Assembly: GCF_902652985.1 (NCBI RefSeq)
Contig: NC_047015.1
Coordinates: 44,516,001 to 44,580,000, forward strand
Origin: Pecten maximus
Lineage: Eukaryota
Length of the DNA stretch: 64,000 nt
Direction: 5' to 3'
This document shows positions 27,901 through 39,849 of the stretch, in pieces. The notes beneath the pieces are model-generated. The model saw only the letters and a program-made list of their open reading frames with translations. It made no database searches and was not told the origin of the DNA. Every line of letters starts with the position of its first letter. Position 1 is the stretch's first letter. The translations under genes and the position numbers were made by a program.

Positions 27901-30900
27901 TGCTGTAAACTAGATAATCTGCTCAATAGGACGTTTCCCATCAAGCTGCACAGACTGATTCCAATTAAGATTTTTTATACCACATCATCCTTCAATTCTG
28001 AATGTTTTCTTTCAGGTATACAATCGCTATACAATATGAATACCTGCTTGCCAGAAATAATCATTCTTTGCAAAGGTCTATAGATAACTCTGTTATTATA
28101 AAAGGATTAACAGGCATTTTTTCTTTTGGGTACTATCCTTCTGCTCAAAGGGGCTCAACACATTTCAGTTCAACAATTACACACAAAATTCCCTTAGACC
28201 AATGATAAAACTTGAAACAAATATTAACTTTTCAATAATGATCTCATTTAGTTCCTTTGGGGTAGAGTTACCAAGAATAAACAATTCATATTTACTTACA
28301 TTTGGAATACTGTTGCCTCGTTCTTTACCTATTGGATCTGGAAATTTTGATGACCCATTTATATTTTGAATCTGAAACAAAACGACAATAACTCCTGATT
28401 TTCTGCTTCCTTATATCATTAGGCATCTTTGATTTATTAGTATGGGCGTCCATTGCATAAGAAGTACTTGTTATAGTACTATGACAAAGTAACAAATAAT
28501 CAATTTTCATTTTTGCACATTTTATCAACATTCTGATCAACTTTTCATACTGTACATCATAAGATTTCCTATTTTTTTTTTTTTTTTTTGAAAAGTGGGA
28601 GTGGTGTGGAGCGAGGACTTATTATATTAGTGATTGTAAACCTAATTCCAAAAGTCTTTATATAGGAAGGGGAATTTTTGTCGATCAGGGGCTTACTGCC
28701 AGTCATGTTTGGCAATTTCAACAGTTTGATTTATTTTGTTTAATGTCCCTAACAGCCAGGGTCATAATTACAACAGAGCACATGTGCATAATTACATTAA
28801 CTACTTAAGAGATGTCATTGTTGACAGATTGGAGTAGGAGCAATAAAGACAAACCTATGACTCCGTCTTCTTTCACTTGCCGTATGATATACAGTATTAA
28901 GAAAGTAGAATAACATCATCTGCTTCGGTTGATTTAAGACTAATGAAACAATGTATTCATTCATAAGGTTTTACCAACATTTCAGATTTAAAAGCGAAAT
29001 TGTTCGGTAAGATCTGACCTTCAAACAACAATCTCAAGATTGATATATTCTGAAAGTAGTGCATAGTTGTCATATAATGTGTAGTCCATTTCAGGATGAA
29101 TGCTGGGGTAAGAACCTTGGCAGCTGAAGGTAATACAAGCTCGAGTAATATTCATTGTATTTGTGAGACATGAACATATTGTGTTTGGTAGAGTGCCTCC
29201 CATTTACTGAATTTGAAGTCCTTGTATAATTATAGTTATATTAAATCTGTAGTATAGTGCTGCTTTAACTGCATTATAATGATAAAGTCAATACATTTTT
29301 TCCAATATATATAAACTTACTTGTTTTACATTTTGATTTTACTTTTCTCTGTTCTTTAAATTTCTATTCAGTTTCACATTTTGTGTTTCTCTGTCTTTTA
29401 AATTCTGTACTTACTTGTTTCACATTTTGAATTCCTTTTGCCTAAATTTCTACTTTCTGTATTCACATTTTGATTTTTACCAAATTCTGTATTTACTTGC
29501 TAATTTCACATTTTCATAACATAAATTCTGAACTTCAACTTTTAGTTCAATAATATTGATTTTCTCTACCCTAACGTTTTATTTCCAGTTTTCATATTTG
29601 ATTTTTTTTCTTTCCCAAATTTTGAACCAGGTTTTACATTGTATGTTTCCTTTCATAAAAAGTTGTCTTTCAACTTAATGGTTTTTTATTTTTATTTTTC
29701 CTAAATTTAATGCTTACATGTTTCAAATTTTATTTTCTTCACCTGAATTATGAACTTACTGGTTTCATACTTTGATTTTCCTTCCCTAAATTCTGTACTA
29801 AAGCAGGTATTGAATCTGTATTTATCTGCATCAGACCACTCTCCATTGTCATAGATGGCAATACGGTAGATACAAACGCAGCCAAGGAGTTTTCACTTGT
29901 GGATAACAGGTTCCTATCTGTAGTTATTTCCTCTGCAAAAGGAAGAAACTTGTTCATTATCTACAATTATCATTTTACACAACAAATTTCAAAAGAAAAC
30001 CTTATAATGCTTAACACCTCACTCCCCTTATGAAAGAATGATGATCTGAAAATGGTGGGAATAGATATACATCAAAACATGGTGAATGCATCCCAGCCAT
30101 TTGTTTGAGTTGAGCTGTTTTTTATATACATTGACATTTTCTGAATATTTTCAATAAAATATCAATTATAACTGGGTATAACATGGAATAAGGAAAGTTA
30201 ATTGTGAATAGAAAGAGCTATTTATATAAATTTGGTTAATTGTTTTCAACAGTGTAAATTATTTGATGCAGTCTTAAACAATGAAGGATGCTTTAGAATT
30301 TAGTTGCTGGTTTACTGCCTTCATGACTCAGCTCATTGCTAGATTTATCTCTCTGACTATTGTCAATGTTCTGTCAGCAGAACTGATATAGGATGCAAAA
30401 GAAATATCTGATACACACGTTCAACATGAGCGAAGGCACAAAACAGTCCCCTAGGGCAGTATCCAGTCTGCACCATATCATTGCATTTGGTTGATTTGTA
30501 AATCTGAAACACAATGTAAACTCAATTTACAACTTAATCACTAGATGAATCAATCAAGTTCTTATGATGATCTGGAACCAAGGTACAAGATTTTCTTCTA
30601 GAATGGGTTTCAGGAATTTTTCTAGGGATTTTGATAAGGAAGCAATGAAACAGTGGTAAGGTATGAAGGTTGACCCAAGAATAATTTGATTGACCATTAT
30701 TTTCTATCAACAGAAACATTTATCTTGACCTTTTAGCTTCATATCTGAAAAGTACTTTGGGTAAAGGGTTAGGGAACTTCCCACAGAGAAACCTTCATGG
30801 TATGAAGACTTCCTACCACTGCAAATACAGAGGTGGCATTATTGTCTCAATGACTCTCTAAAAATCTTCAAAGATTTTAAGATATTTTTTTTGTGTCTAC

Positions 30901-33900
30901 AAAGAGGGTTGGGATATTATGTCTTACAAATTTTATATTGGTGGGGTTGGATACTACGTACCTCTGGGTGAAACTGTTGCTCTGTCCTTGTGTGACAATA
31001 TGCACAATTGTCACCATTCTCACACTGCATAGGGTCTCCCCAGTCATCTCCATGTTTAACATTGGGACAAGGGGTTGATCTATGAAAAGCAAGTGCATAA
31101 TTATCGTGATGCAGATAGTCCAGAAGCATATTGGATTTATGAAGGTTAAGTAATCAATTTAAAATCAAATCCCATTCGAATTCATCAAAAGTTTTATATC
31201 TGCTCTGCACTCATACATAAAACCCTCTCACTGCAAAATTGATCTTCTTCCATTTTAACATAATTAAACAAGAGTATGTCTATGTCTATCACTATGGCAG
31301 AACAATATGACAGCCCACAGCAGTGAAGCATCAACTGAAAGTCTCACATATAGCAGTGATGTAATTAGAATACTTCTGTAAACAAATTATTGATGTAAAT
31401 ATATATACAGTATATGGTGAAAGTGGAAAGGACACATGACCTTTTATCTTTTTAATGTTTTAATGGTATAGGTTTTTTCTTCCATCTTTACCTATATTTC
31501 AAACCAAAAGAGGCCATTGAATTTGAATAATTATGAACTTATTTTAACCCAATATTAAATTCATCTATTATCCAAATGCATTGAAACTATAGAAATCTAT
31601 TAATGTTCCTTATGACAGCAGTCAGCTTTCAAATTTTAGAAATAAAATGTCTTTGTGTACAGCATAATTGACAATTGTTTAACAAAATCCAATTTTTTTT
31701 TATTAAACTAGAACGTAGTTTGTTAAATCATAAAATAGTCACCTGTATTTATGCTTCTTTGGGCTTCTTCTTCGGTCCCGTGAATTATGATTTGATGGAC
31801 ATGCATATCCTTGTCTACAAAGCCGTGGGGGTCTTTTACATTGCTCGGTTTTATAGTTTGCCAACACATAATTTGTATCTGGAATGTAAAATATCATAAT
31901 TATATGTACATCACAGAATCATGAGGCATCTAGATGCTATCTGATTTATCATGCCAAACATATGAATCCATGCATGTAGATAATCATCCAAAGATCTAAC
32001 AAGCATACAGCTTCAGATTTTACTATCCATAATCAAAATCAGCCAGAAGTTTTCAAAGATTTACCCTAAAAAACAAACATTTAAGGTGAAGACAATTTTA
32101 GTCACAAACAAACTAGAAATATGTTAAGTTAATTCAAGTCCCAAAAATGATAAATTACAAATTATATATAAAGCAATGGAGGATATTATCATCAGGGGAA
32201 GTTATTGTCAGTTTTTACTTTTCTCCTAAATATTTCAATAAATGCTGCAATAGTGCTGCAACGATACGCTTCGAATTCCCTCGAGATACGATACATATCA
32301 CAGTAAATTTACAGCGTGCCCCATTAGTTTATCATGTCAGGGGTAAAGTGTACCCCTCCTCTGAAAATAGGAGAGATACAAACATAAATCCAGGGGTACT
32401 AGCACAAATTCACTTATCAAGATTACTTAGTTGTACAAATTTAGCCATCGCATTACCGCTGTAACTATAAAAATGCTAATAAAATTTAATTGAAAAAAAA
32501 ATGGAAAAAAGTGACATGCTTCTTATTAGCAATAATAGTTATACATTGACACATTGGGTTAATATATGTTCTACAAAGATGAGTTATTTTTCTCTTGAAT
32601 GATCTAATTTAAATCTTCTAAAATTCCACTCAATTTCCAACTGATCTTAATATATTGATGAGTGAACATTTTTCTTTTGTGGACGGCTCCAGGTTTTATG
32701 CAGGATAAACATGAACGGTGTACGCCATACGATCTGTAGTAAAATTGCTTCTTTAATGAAGTAGCGAGAAACATGAATTTATTCAGGTTAGAAAATAACC
32801 TAGATCTGTGAGTTAAGTTAAATGATTTCTTCGACGAATATGTCCATTTTGGGAACCTTTCTGACCTTATCTTCTTTCAGACAATGTTTGCAAGGAGATA
32901 ACATTGCCCTGAACAATCCTCACCTCATATTTGTCCGACGTTCTTAGGTCACTTAAAAGTACATCATCTTTTCCCTATCGATATCCAAATCTCAAAGCAA
33001 ACATTGGAATGTTTGTGATATATGTGAATTTCTACAATGATTGCTAAGTTGACCCACTTTCTGTGTATATCCGGCTTCTTAAATGTCATAAAATGGGCCT
33101 GACAATAACTGTCGCAATTTGGAACAATGGAGGCAGTTTTATGGTTAGTTTTAAATAATCCATCTCAAATTATTTCCGATGATTTTTGCCTTGATGACAT
33201 ATTTTTAAACACTTTAAATGCAATGTTCTATGTATGATACAAAAAACATTTCAAAACTCATGAAAATATTGACAGTGACGATCACTGCCTTCACCGGTAA
33301 TGAAGTAATCATGCTTAATGATAATACCCTCCAGTGCTGCATAAAATCATCATTTGGGCACTAAAACCTCATCATTCATTAATGAATATAATCCGACTGG
33401 AATAGTACTGTGAATTGACAAAATCATATTGTGAAAATTTCAGTATACAGCTTTATTTAAGTTTAGGACAAATAAAGAGATCTCAATCCTGTAAGTACCA
33501 GGGTGTAAAGGGGAGACTTTCTAAGTTGGTGGAATTTTTTTCAGTGTTTTTCAAGTCACATTCACATGCAATGCATGTGATGATGTGAGTGTCATCTTCT
33601 TGCAACAAGTTAAACTAGTTAATCCATTTTTCATGAAATGTCTTCTGTGCAGTTTGCATGCAATCACTATTTTTTATCCTTGTATGCTTTTCATGTCATA
33701 TAAGATCTAGCAAGCAATGTTTTCTGTGCCATGCTTGAATGGTGATGAAAGGAGAACGCTGATCATTGGTTAACCAATCAGGATTGTTGAACCATGAACT
33801 CTTCTTTTGCTTTTGATATATTAAGTCTGTGTAATTATTAATGGTCGGCAATAGACAAACAAATGCTATGGGTCAGTATGGCTTGTACGTTTTTAAAATG

Positions 33901-36012
33901 CAACATGCAAAACATACTGCAGTACGTGAATGGGAATGCTGTTTGGGCACTAACTTGATGTGTATAAAGTTTTGAATCGAAAGGGAAATATCCTTAGAGA
34001 GAAGCAGATGGCCGGAATCCAATTTAGCAGCCAAACAAATGATTTTTGCAAGTATGAACAGAGACAAGCTTTCCAATGACTTAAAATGAGTTAGTGTCTA
34101 CCTCATATTAGCACTAAGAACAGCACACACCTACCTTCCCAAAAAACACAAACCACGCACCTTAGATCTACATCCAAGATTACATGGCTGACACCAAACT
34201 GAACTAGCTATTGCCCCCCCTCCATTTAGATATGTTTCAAATAAGATTAAATTACTTACCATTCCATCTAGGATCTTCGGCCAAAATTTTTTCTTTTTCT
34301 AAACTGCTAGGTGTTCCTGATTGTGATAGTGATGAGCTGCCACTTGCAATAGAGCTCTTGTCTACATCTATAGACTGTAATTCTCTCACATCATATGCAG
34401 GAGGTCTTAAGTCATTAGCTCCATGGGCAAATGCACAATGGGGACCATTTTTCACACAGTTCCCTTTAGTATCTGTTTCATACACACAGGTGCCAGTTTT
34501 ATAATAGCGTAAATGATATCTTCTTTCTGTATCTCCTGCAGTTCTGTGTAAAAATGGGCAACTGCAAACGAAAATGGTATTGGAATTAGTTCTGAGCCAG
34601 TTTCTAATTCATTTATCCATTTCATCTTTATATCTAACATTTGATTTCATAATGAAATAATTACAATTCATTTCCTGAGTTGTTTTAAAATTTATGCATC
34701 ATAGAATTTGGCACAATTTTTATTTTTGTGATTTCAGTAAAACGTCCATTTAATAGGTGAAAAACACTAATGAAAAACACTGAAGTATTTCATCTACTCT
34801 GGGGTCATTTTTAGCAACTTTTTTATTTCAAGTAAATGTATTTAATATGTCTATTCACTTTTCAGAATAAAACCGTTTTTTGTTTTTGATGAAATTTTAT
34901 TCGGAAAGGATATTGCTTAACGTTCTATTTATACTAAACGTGCAACTTCCCATGTTGTTCTTTAAGGTCAAGGCTAGTGCGTGACCCATAAAGCACGCAT
35001 GACAGAAATTACAGCTGATTCAGGATAAATTTAATTGCAAATAGGGAACTGTTTCCATTAACATAACAGAGGTTAACGATAATAATACTTTCGCTTACAA
35101 CATTAACGTATGAAACATATGAATGACACAAACCAAAATCTTTTCTTTTGCGACGTTCTGTCATCACACTCATACATATCGATAACAATGGCCTTGCAGC
35201 AAGAACGTAAACACATCCGTTTCTAAAAATACTATGAATAAGTACGGAGGAGAATCAGGCATTCAAATATACCATAATATTCATCATAACTTAGCAATCA
35301 TAAAACTCATAACCGATCGTTGTGACAAAATGACTATGCATGCAAATTATCAACATAATTTCGGTCTTCACACAAAATGGAGATGTAAATACAAGATGGC
35401 GGCGGCTTTTTGTTTACATCATGTCAAAATAAAAAGTCTTCGATAGCAGGTATCAAACAAAATTTCTCAGAAATGAGATGTCCCTCGAAACAAACAAATG
35501 TATCGGAACGCTTATTACTATATGTCAAAGTCTAAATGTACGTAAAACCTGTCAAAAATCAACTTTTTTTGGTAGAAATGCCCGTATGGAACTTTCCCAC
35601 CAAAATTTTTGAATGGCGGAGAATATTTGACAGATCGCCTACTTACTCGTCTCCGTCGGGGCATACTCCGGTTGTCTCGTCATACTTTGTACAGTATACA
35701 TCCGGACTGTAGTTGAAGGTGCCATCGCGACGTCGAACTGGTCTTCGCCTTCTTTGATTCATGAAATGCCAGCGATAGCAAGTGTAGGGTCTGTGTTGGG
35801 TACATTTGTGTTGCAAGAAGAGGGGGCATTGAGTTGTTCTAAACTCTTTTAAATACCTGCAAATAAGATAATCAGTATAAAAGGCGAGTTATGCGATGTA
35901 TGTTAAATCATGCATTAAACGAAATGACATCACGGTTAAATTAACGAATTACTCACATATAATGCTGAGGCTTCTCCGTCTGTGCAGGAACCATTGGACT
36001 TTCTGACGGCAT
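18817..36012 (-). CDS. unk: Unkempt-family RNA-binding protein (tandem CCCH fingers, low-complexity middle, coiled coil, C-terminal RING); 16 exons, about 852 aa
   Basis: All exons join in frame with GT-AG sites (sum 2559 nt). N-terminus EKPQHYMYLKEFRTTQCPLFLQHKCTQHRPYTC...DGTFNYSPDVYCTKYD closely matches UNK/UNKL. Confidence 0.96.
19072..19302 (-). mobile_element. Degraded HINE-like element
   Basis: Minus-strand head TTGGTCCCCTACCGTTGAAACTGAGTGACTATAGGTTTCC; TGACCTTGACC motif on +. Confidence 0.45.
19982..20143 (-). CDS. unk: unkempt exon 15 (coiled coil)
   Basis: AIIHAKKLQQEIDSK...LSRDLKTLDG; CAG acceptor, GTAGGT donor, 162 nt. Confidence 0.9.
20195..20281. repeat. 44-bp tandem duplication in intron
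   Basis: TCTGCTGATGAATACATTATCAAAATTTTAGATAGTATAAAAA twice. Confidence 0.9.
20619..20714 (-). CDS. unk: unkempt exon 14
   Basis: ACEAWKKEAEESIRKAK...KQRDE; TAG / GTAAGT, 96 nt. Confidence 0.92.
20769..21700. mobile_element. Truncated pogo/Tigger-like non-autonomous element
   Basis: TA|CAGAGCAACCCGCTTATTTGCAT left end and CpG-richer interior. Right TIR not found, so the end is approximate. Confidence 0.45.
21800..22249. mobile_element. Interspersed repeat (hAT-like MITE remnant), second copy at about 32251-32680
   Basis: TTGTACAAATTTAGCCATC...ATATTGATGAGTGAACATTTT shared with 32431-32675. CGTTGCAGCACTA at 22249 is the reverse complement of TAGTGCTGCAACG at 32251. Confidence 0.6.
22402..22615 (-). 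mobile_element. V-SINE copy 2 (more diverged)
   Basis: Homologous to 5000-5222; 12-bp TSD CACCACAGGCGA (22390-22401 / 22616-22627). Confidence 0.9.
22740..22935 (-). mobile_element. Degraded CORE-SINE-like element
   Basis: GCAATTAGGGTAAAGAGTCTTGCCAAAGGAC resembles the CORE motif (GGTTAAGTGCCTTGCCCAAGG); tail CAGGGTCATTT shared with the V-SINE. Confidence 0.55.
23338..23684. mobile_element. Kolobok-like MITE
   Basis: Perfect 14-bp TIR AGGGGCATTCCTTC / GAAGGAATGCCCCT with TTAA on both sides. Confidence 0.85.
24110..24328 (-). CDS. unk: unkempt exon 13
   Basis: SSSYLNNKF...MSPRNGPGGPHSP...ELQKLKDEF...LEHWEQAYSQAKC; TAG / GTAAGT, 219 nt. Confidence 0.9.
24434..25556. mobile_element. pogo/Tigger-like (Tc1-mariner) non-autonomous transposon
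   Basis: TA TSD. TIR CAGTGAACCCTCGATAATCCGAACACC vs GGCGTCCGGATTATCGCGGGTCCATTG. Repeated subterminal TCCGGA motifs; no transposase ORF. Confidence 0.85.
25790..25944 (-). CDS. unk: unkempt exon 12
   Basis: GFGPSSVPIGIPPGGLPRGSISSLSQSPPSP...QESDN; TAG / GTAAGT, 155 nt. Confidence 0.85.
26252..26374 (-). CDS. unk: unkempt exon 11
   Basis: GHALEDLNLDDIDVNSIDKD...; matches UNK ALDDLDL motif; 123 nt. Confidence 0.9.
26795..27010 (-). repeat. Tandem repeat (56-66 bp, 4 copies) of the exon 10 3' end plus splice donor
   Basis: TGGATACTGTGGAGTCAGTCTTAG|GTAAAACAATAATCT..TTCAGTTT repeated; donor GT at 26984, 26926, 26870, 26804. Confidence 0.9.
26985..27291 (-). CDS. unk: unkempt exon 10
   Basis: TKLWQQLSTIDND...MSPLAPAFYP...DTVESVL(G); CAG / GTAAAA, 307 nt. 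Confidence 0.9.
27631..27792 (-). CDS. unk: unkempt exon 9
   Basis: HNNGQGSINSNTSSPMPEPIGKGR...KAPGSERDDFQ; CAG / GTAAGT, 162 nt. Confidence 0.88.
28300..28371 (-). CDS. unk: unkempt exon 8 (72-nt symmetric, possibly alternative)
   Basis: TTTCAG|IQNINGSSKFPDPIGKERGNSIPN|GTAAGT, phase 0-0. Confidence 0.7.
29310..29800 (-). repeat. Degenerate about 45-bp tandem repeat derived from the exon 7 3' end plus donor
   Basis: Plus-strand unit AAATTCTGTACTTACTTGTTTCACATTTTGA.. recurs and resembles the true junction GAACTTACTGGTTTCATACTTTGATTTTCCTTCCCTAAATTCTGTAC. Confidence 0.7.
29760..29932 (-). CDS. unk: unkempt exon 7
   Basis: (Q)EITTDRNLLSTSENSLAAFVSTVLP...ENQSMKP; CAG / GTAAGT, 173 nt. Confidence 0.85.
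30419..30503 (-). CDS. unk: unkempt exon 6 (CCCH finger)
   Basis: IYKSTKCNDMVQTGYCPRGLFCAFAHVE; 85 nt. Confidence 0.95.
30962..31079 (-). CDS. unk: unkempt exon 5 (CCCH finger)
   Basis: STPCPNVKHGDDWGDPMQCENGDNCAYCHTRTEQQFHPE; 118 nt. Confidence 0.95.
31743..31878 (-). CDS. unk: unkempt exon 4 (CCCH finger)
   Basis: TNYVLANYKTEQCKRPPRLCRQGYACPSNHNSRDRRRSPKKHKYR; 136 nt. Confidence 0.95.
34260..34561 (-). CDS. unk: unkempt exon 3 (CCCH fingers)
   Basis: CPFLHRTAGDTERRYHLRYYKTGTCVYETDTKGNCVKNGPHCAFAHG...EDPRWN; 302 nt. Confidence 0.96.
35647..35856 (-). CDS. unk: unkempt exon 2 (CCCH fingers)
   Basis: YLKEFRTTQCPLFLQHKCTQHRPYTCYRWHFMNQRRRRPVRRRDGTFNYSPDVYCTKYDETTGVCPDGD; 210 nt. Confidence 0.96.
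35957..36012 (-). CDS. unk: unkempt exon 1 (start)
   Basis: CAAAATG context, MPSESPMVPAQTEKPQHY, donor GTGAGT. Confidence 0.9.
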
Positions 36013-36034
36013 TTTGTTGTCAATAATATTCTAT

Positions 36035-36155
36035 TGCGCACAACTTGCCGCGCACCCAAGAAAGTTCAACCATTATTGGTCCTCACAAGTCACGTGGTAT
36101 GGGTTATGACCTTTGACGCAATGTTGCCAATTTTCCGCGCACCTTGCGCACGTAA
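36035..36155 (-). promoter_or_regulatory. unkempt proximal promoter motifs
   Basis: CCAAT (ATTGG 36075), E-box GTCACGTGG (36089-36097), TGCGCA motifs, local CpG enrichment. Confidence 0.45.
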
Positions 36156-36797
36156 TGGCCTTTAACATCCATACTAAAACTAAATACACAGACATTGTTA
36201 ATAAACCAGAACGGGTTAGATCTATTTGCAAAGACTGTTTCATTGAACTTTGTAAGTTTAACGAATACAAGATAACCTAATGCATTGAAAGTAACATGAA
36301 AACCGCTAGATATATAGCCTAGTGACTCATACTTGTATGATAATTTAGATACATTTATAAATACCGTATTTGAGAATGATAGATGTTTTTAACCGATCCA
36401 TGGTGCAGGTTTGCATAATAATTATTAACACACATTAAAGTCATATTTATATTCCTGTTGTTTCTCAACTGATTAGAAAATATATAGACTAATATTCCAC
36501 AAGCACTTGAGAATATCGCATAAATATTTCTTACCAGCACATGCACAGACTGCATTTGACATAAACGTCTGTTATTGTTTGAAAAAAAATCACTGGTTGT
36601 AGTTTAATATTATATCAAGGACTTATATGTTAGTCTAATTAATATAGTAGATTAAGTCCGTGATAATTAATTTATTATCATGTTGTATATTAATTTTTCA
36701 TTATTACTGCTTTAACTGGATTTATGACCCAAATTAGTTTTTATAAGCCGTAAAGTTAAAAGTTCATGTTTGCTCTGTACCTGGTGTTGACTTTGAC

Positions 36798-36833
36798 CAG
36801 AGACCTATATACTATATAGTATATAGGTCTCTG
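36798..36833. mobile_element. 36-bp perfect palindrome with 7-bp TSD (minimal P-like MITE)
   Basis: CAGAGACCTATATACTAT-ATAGTATATAGGTCTCTG flanked by CTTTGAC at 36791-36797 and 36834-36840. Confidence 0.8.
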
Positions 36834-38976
36834 CTTTGACTTACGATAAAAAATCAACTTTTTCACAATTATTTGGAACTTTCGTCAATCCGAAATATTA
36901 CCTGAGCGGGTCAGAATTTGATAGTACCTAAGAAATATTTATACATATTAATACGATTTAAAATCGTTGTCTTTTGTCCATATAAACGATGACGGAGGAG
37001 GCTGAATTACAGTATGATTAATTAATGTTTCTAGGCAGAACTCGGTAGAACATGGGTTTCTTTCTGTTTTATGACTTGTTCGCTTTGATAAAATAAATAT
37101 CGTAAGAAGTATATAATTACTACTGGAACTGTGTACATTTTAACTGAAACCCGTGGAAAATGTAGTTTTGGTTAATATTTACAAACAAGACTTTTATTAC
37201 TGTGAAGATACCAAAATTGTTAAAATCCCGGTATAAAGTCATTCTGGTAGAGAATGCGTTGTTCTCTAGATGTGCATGATGATTATAAAGATAAGCTGCA
37301 TCTCCGACAAAGGGTAATTAGACCGAATAGGCTGCAAATTTAGATGTTTTCAAGTAATACCAAAAGTTATACACTTAACTTCAATTTTGACTTACGATTT
37401 TGTCATGAGCTTCCCTTTTCGTCTTTTAAATCTAAAGCGGACAACTAGCTTATTGAATTCTGAAGAAATTCTATCTTTTATTTTGGGACGATGCTATATT
37501 TTTGTTTATGTTAATTAGTTATATTGCTATGACATGGAAGGTATTTTGTGACAAGTAGTGTTTGATGACATCATTACCCTTGACACTTTTACGCCTGTCA
37601 TATACTATAATCTGTCCTGCATATCTCCATTTTATAAAACACAGGTAAAAACTTGGATACAATCATATTTCGAATATGATAATGTTATTATATGCATAAA
37701 TTTGCCCAGCTATTTCTGTCTTTTGATTGATAATGCTGTATCAGCAGACGGTCTATAGGAGATCGAGCATATTCGATTTTATTGGTTATCTTTTAGTACA
37801 GGTATGATCATAAATTAACTTAATAAAACAATGAAATCCATGTAGATAAATGATTACAAACTATCCTTATTATAAAAAAAAACATTGGAAACACACTAAA
37901 TCTATTTAGTTGATGGTGGAAAGAATTTGTATCATTGATTATAAGGAATGTGACAGACACTGGATCTGAAAATTAATGTAATAACGAGATGACAGGATGT
38001 GCATTTGGACGAATGCTAATTTAATCTACAGCTAAAGTATTATTATTATGTGGAATAATGATCAGGATCTGCTCCCCTACCCTGGCGACAGAGAGGCAGC
38101 TAGGTGCTGTACGGATAGACGTCTTTGTTTGTTGTTGTGTTTTTTGTTTTTTGTTGTTGTTATTTTAGTATTATTGGGAGAATGTTACGCAATGTTGTAT
38201 AAATCGATGTTCTATCTCTCTTAGTGCAGATGAATCTGGCTCGGATGTATCAATCTCAAAAGGTGGCATTCGTGATGTGGGTATTTTAACCTAATAGGCA
38301 ACAGTGGGTGAAGGACATTCCCGACTAGATTAGCGGGTGTTTTACAACGGAATTTGCGTTGATGATTTTTAGAATCAGGACATCTTATTTAAGGAAAACT
38401 TGTCCGTAGTTCCATAGGTCGAAGTAGACGGAAAAAATGAGAAAATATGATTTGCGAAACGTTGCCGTTCGTTCGCCGTCGTCGTTATACGCGAGTTTTT
38501 GTTTGTTTGTTTGTTGTTTGTTTGATTTTTTGTGTGTGTGCGCCATAACCGGCATTATACATTACCTAAAGCACGTTAACCTGAAGGTGTTATGTCGACA
38601 TCTTTAAATGATTAACTTAAGTTTAAAAAAGAAGATTTTTTTTAGACTTTTTGTCATTTTTACACCTTAATTAACCTTTCAGTAAGTAGTGATAAGTATG
38701 AAAATTTAATATAACCAATTTAAAGTATTTTTTCCAACAAATTATAAAGCTTAGTGCATTGCATTTTTCCCCAGGTATACCTTTCCATTGTACGAAAAAG
38801 CCTGTACATTTGACTAATATTTAAATAGAATATTACATAGTTATTAGGACTGTTTTGTGAGCATGGATATCTCAACCCTTATGCAAGATTTTGGTCAGCA
38901 CGGAATCTGTCCACATAGGGACCGCTGGAAACTTGTGCCAAGTAACACGGCGAACTCAATACTCATGCTTCCCTGT

Positions 38977-39152
38977 CATTGGCGGATTTAGGCCCCCCAC
39001 CCCCCTAAAATTGTATGAATATACCGTGAAATACACTAGAATGCAGGATTTTGCATTAACCTGCGAAAAATTTACCCGGGGAACCCCCCGTAATTTGGCC
39101 CCCCCCCCCCCCCCCCCCCCCCCCCAAACTGAAAATTCTGTATTCGACCTTG
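38977..39152. mobile_element. Small hAT-like MITE remnant with poly-C tracts
   Basis: CATTGGCGGATTTAGG...TCTGTATTCGACCTTG imperfect inverted ends; about 27-nt C run. Confidence 0.4.
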
Positions 39153-39849
39153 CCCGTTGATTAAAAATGCAAGTGAGATATGTCTAGGGTTTCCAGTCAT
39201 AACAAGTCATGGCGTCATCTTAACAATACATATATATATTGACACCACTTACATAATAGTATACATTTACGTCACGTCAATTAATCCATTGATATCGGAA
39301 CACTGCTATGATATGAATAACAAGGAAAGTTAAACTCATTATGAACCGTCCCGGGAGAAGAATGAGTGGCATAGGATCTCAACATTGAGGGAGACTTTAA
39401 ATTTGCCGTAAACATTCAACAAGCCCTGTGTTTGTCTAAGAATCTTTGTGAAAGGCTCCATTTAAGCAACTATATATATAACTATGTGAAACAAATGATT
39501 TACACATATAAAAAGAGTTCAAAGTCATGGGCTGTAAGATTATAAGTATACAAGAAAATCTATAATGTAAAATAAATAAATACAATAAGTCAAATAGGAA
39601 TTGTTTAAGTTCAGGTGGCCTTGTGAGTAAAGTATGGATTTGTGTGTTTTAGATCGCCGTGTATGGAACGGACCTTTACAAAAATGGGAAAGTTCAGATT
39701 TCAGCAGACTGATCCACACGTTTATAATGTGTCACTGTGCCTTCTCCAAAGTTTATTTTTATTTTTCTATGATTCGCTAATGCTTTTTCTTTTGTATGTC
39801 TGTCTTGCATTTCTGACTGATATCAGTTACCCATGTAGTGTCGGTGTAT

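Noticed and set aside
34095-34170. Possible microexons in unk intron 3 (several donor-like motifs)
   Set aside because: No homology or frame support; the exon 3-4 join is already in frame.
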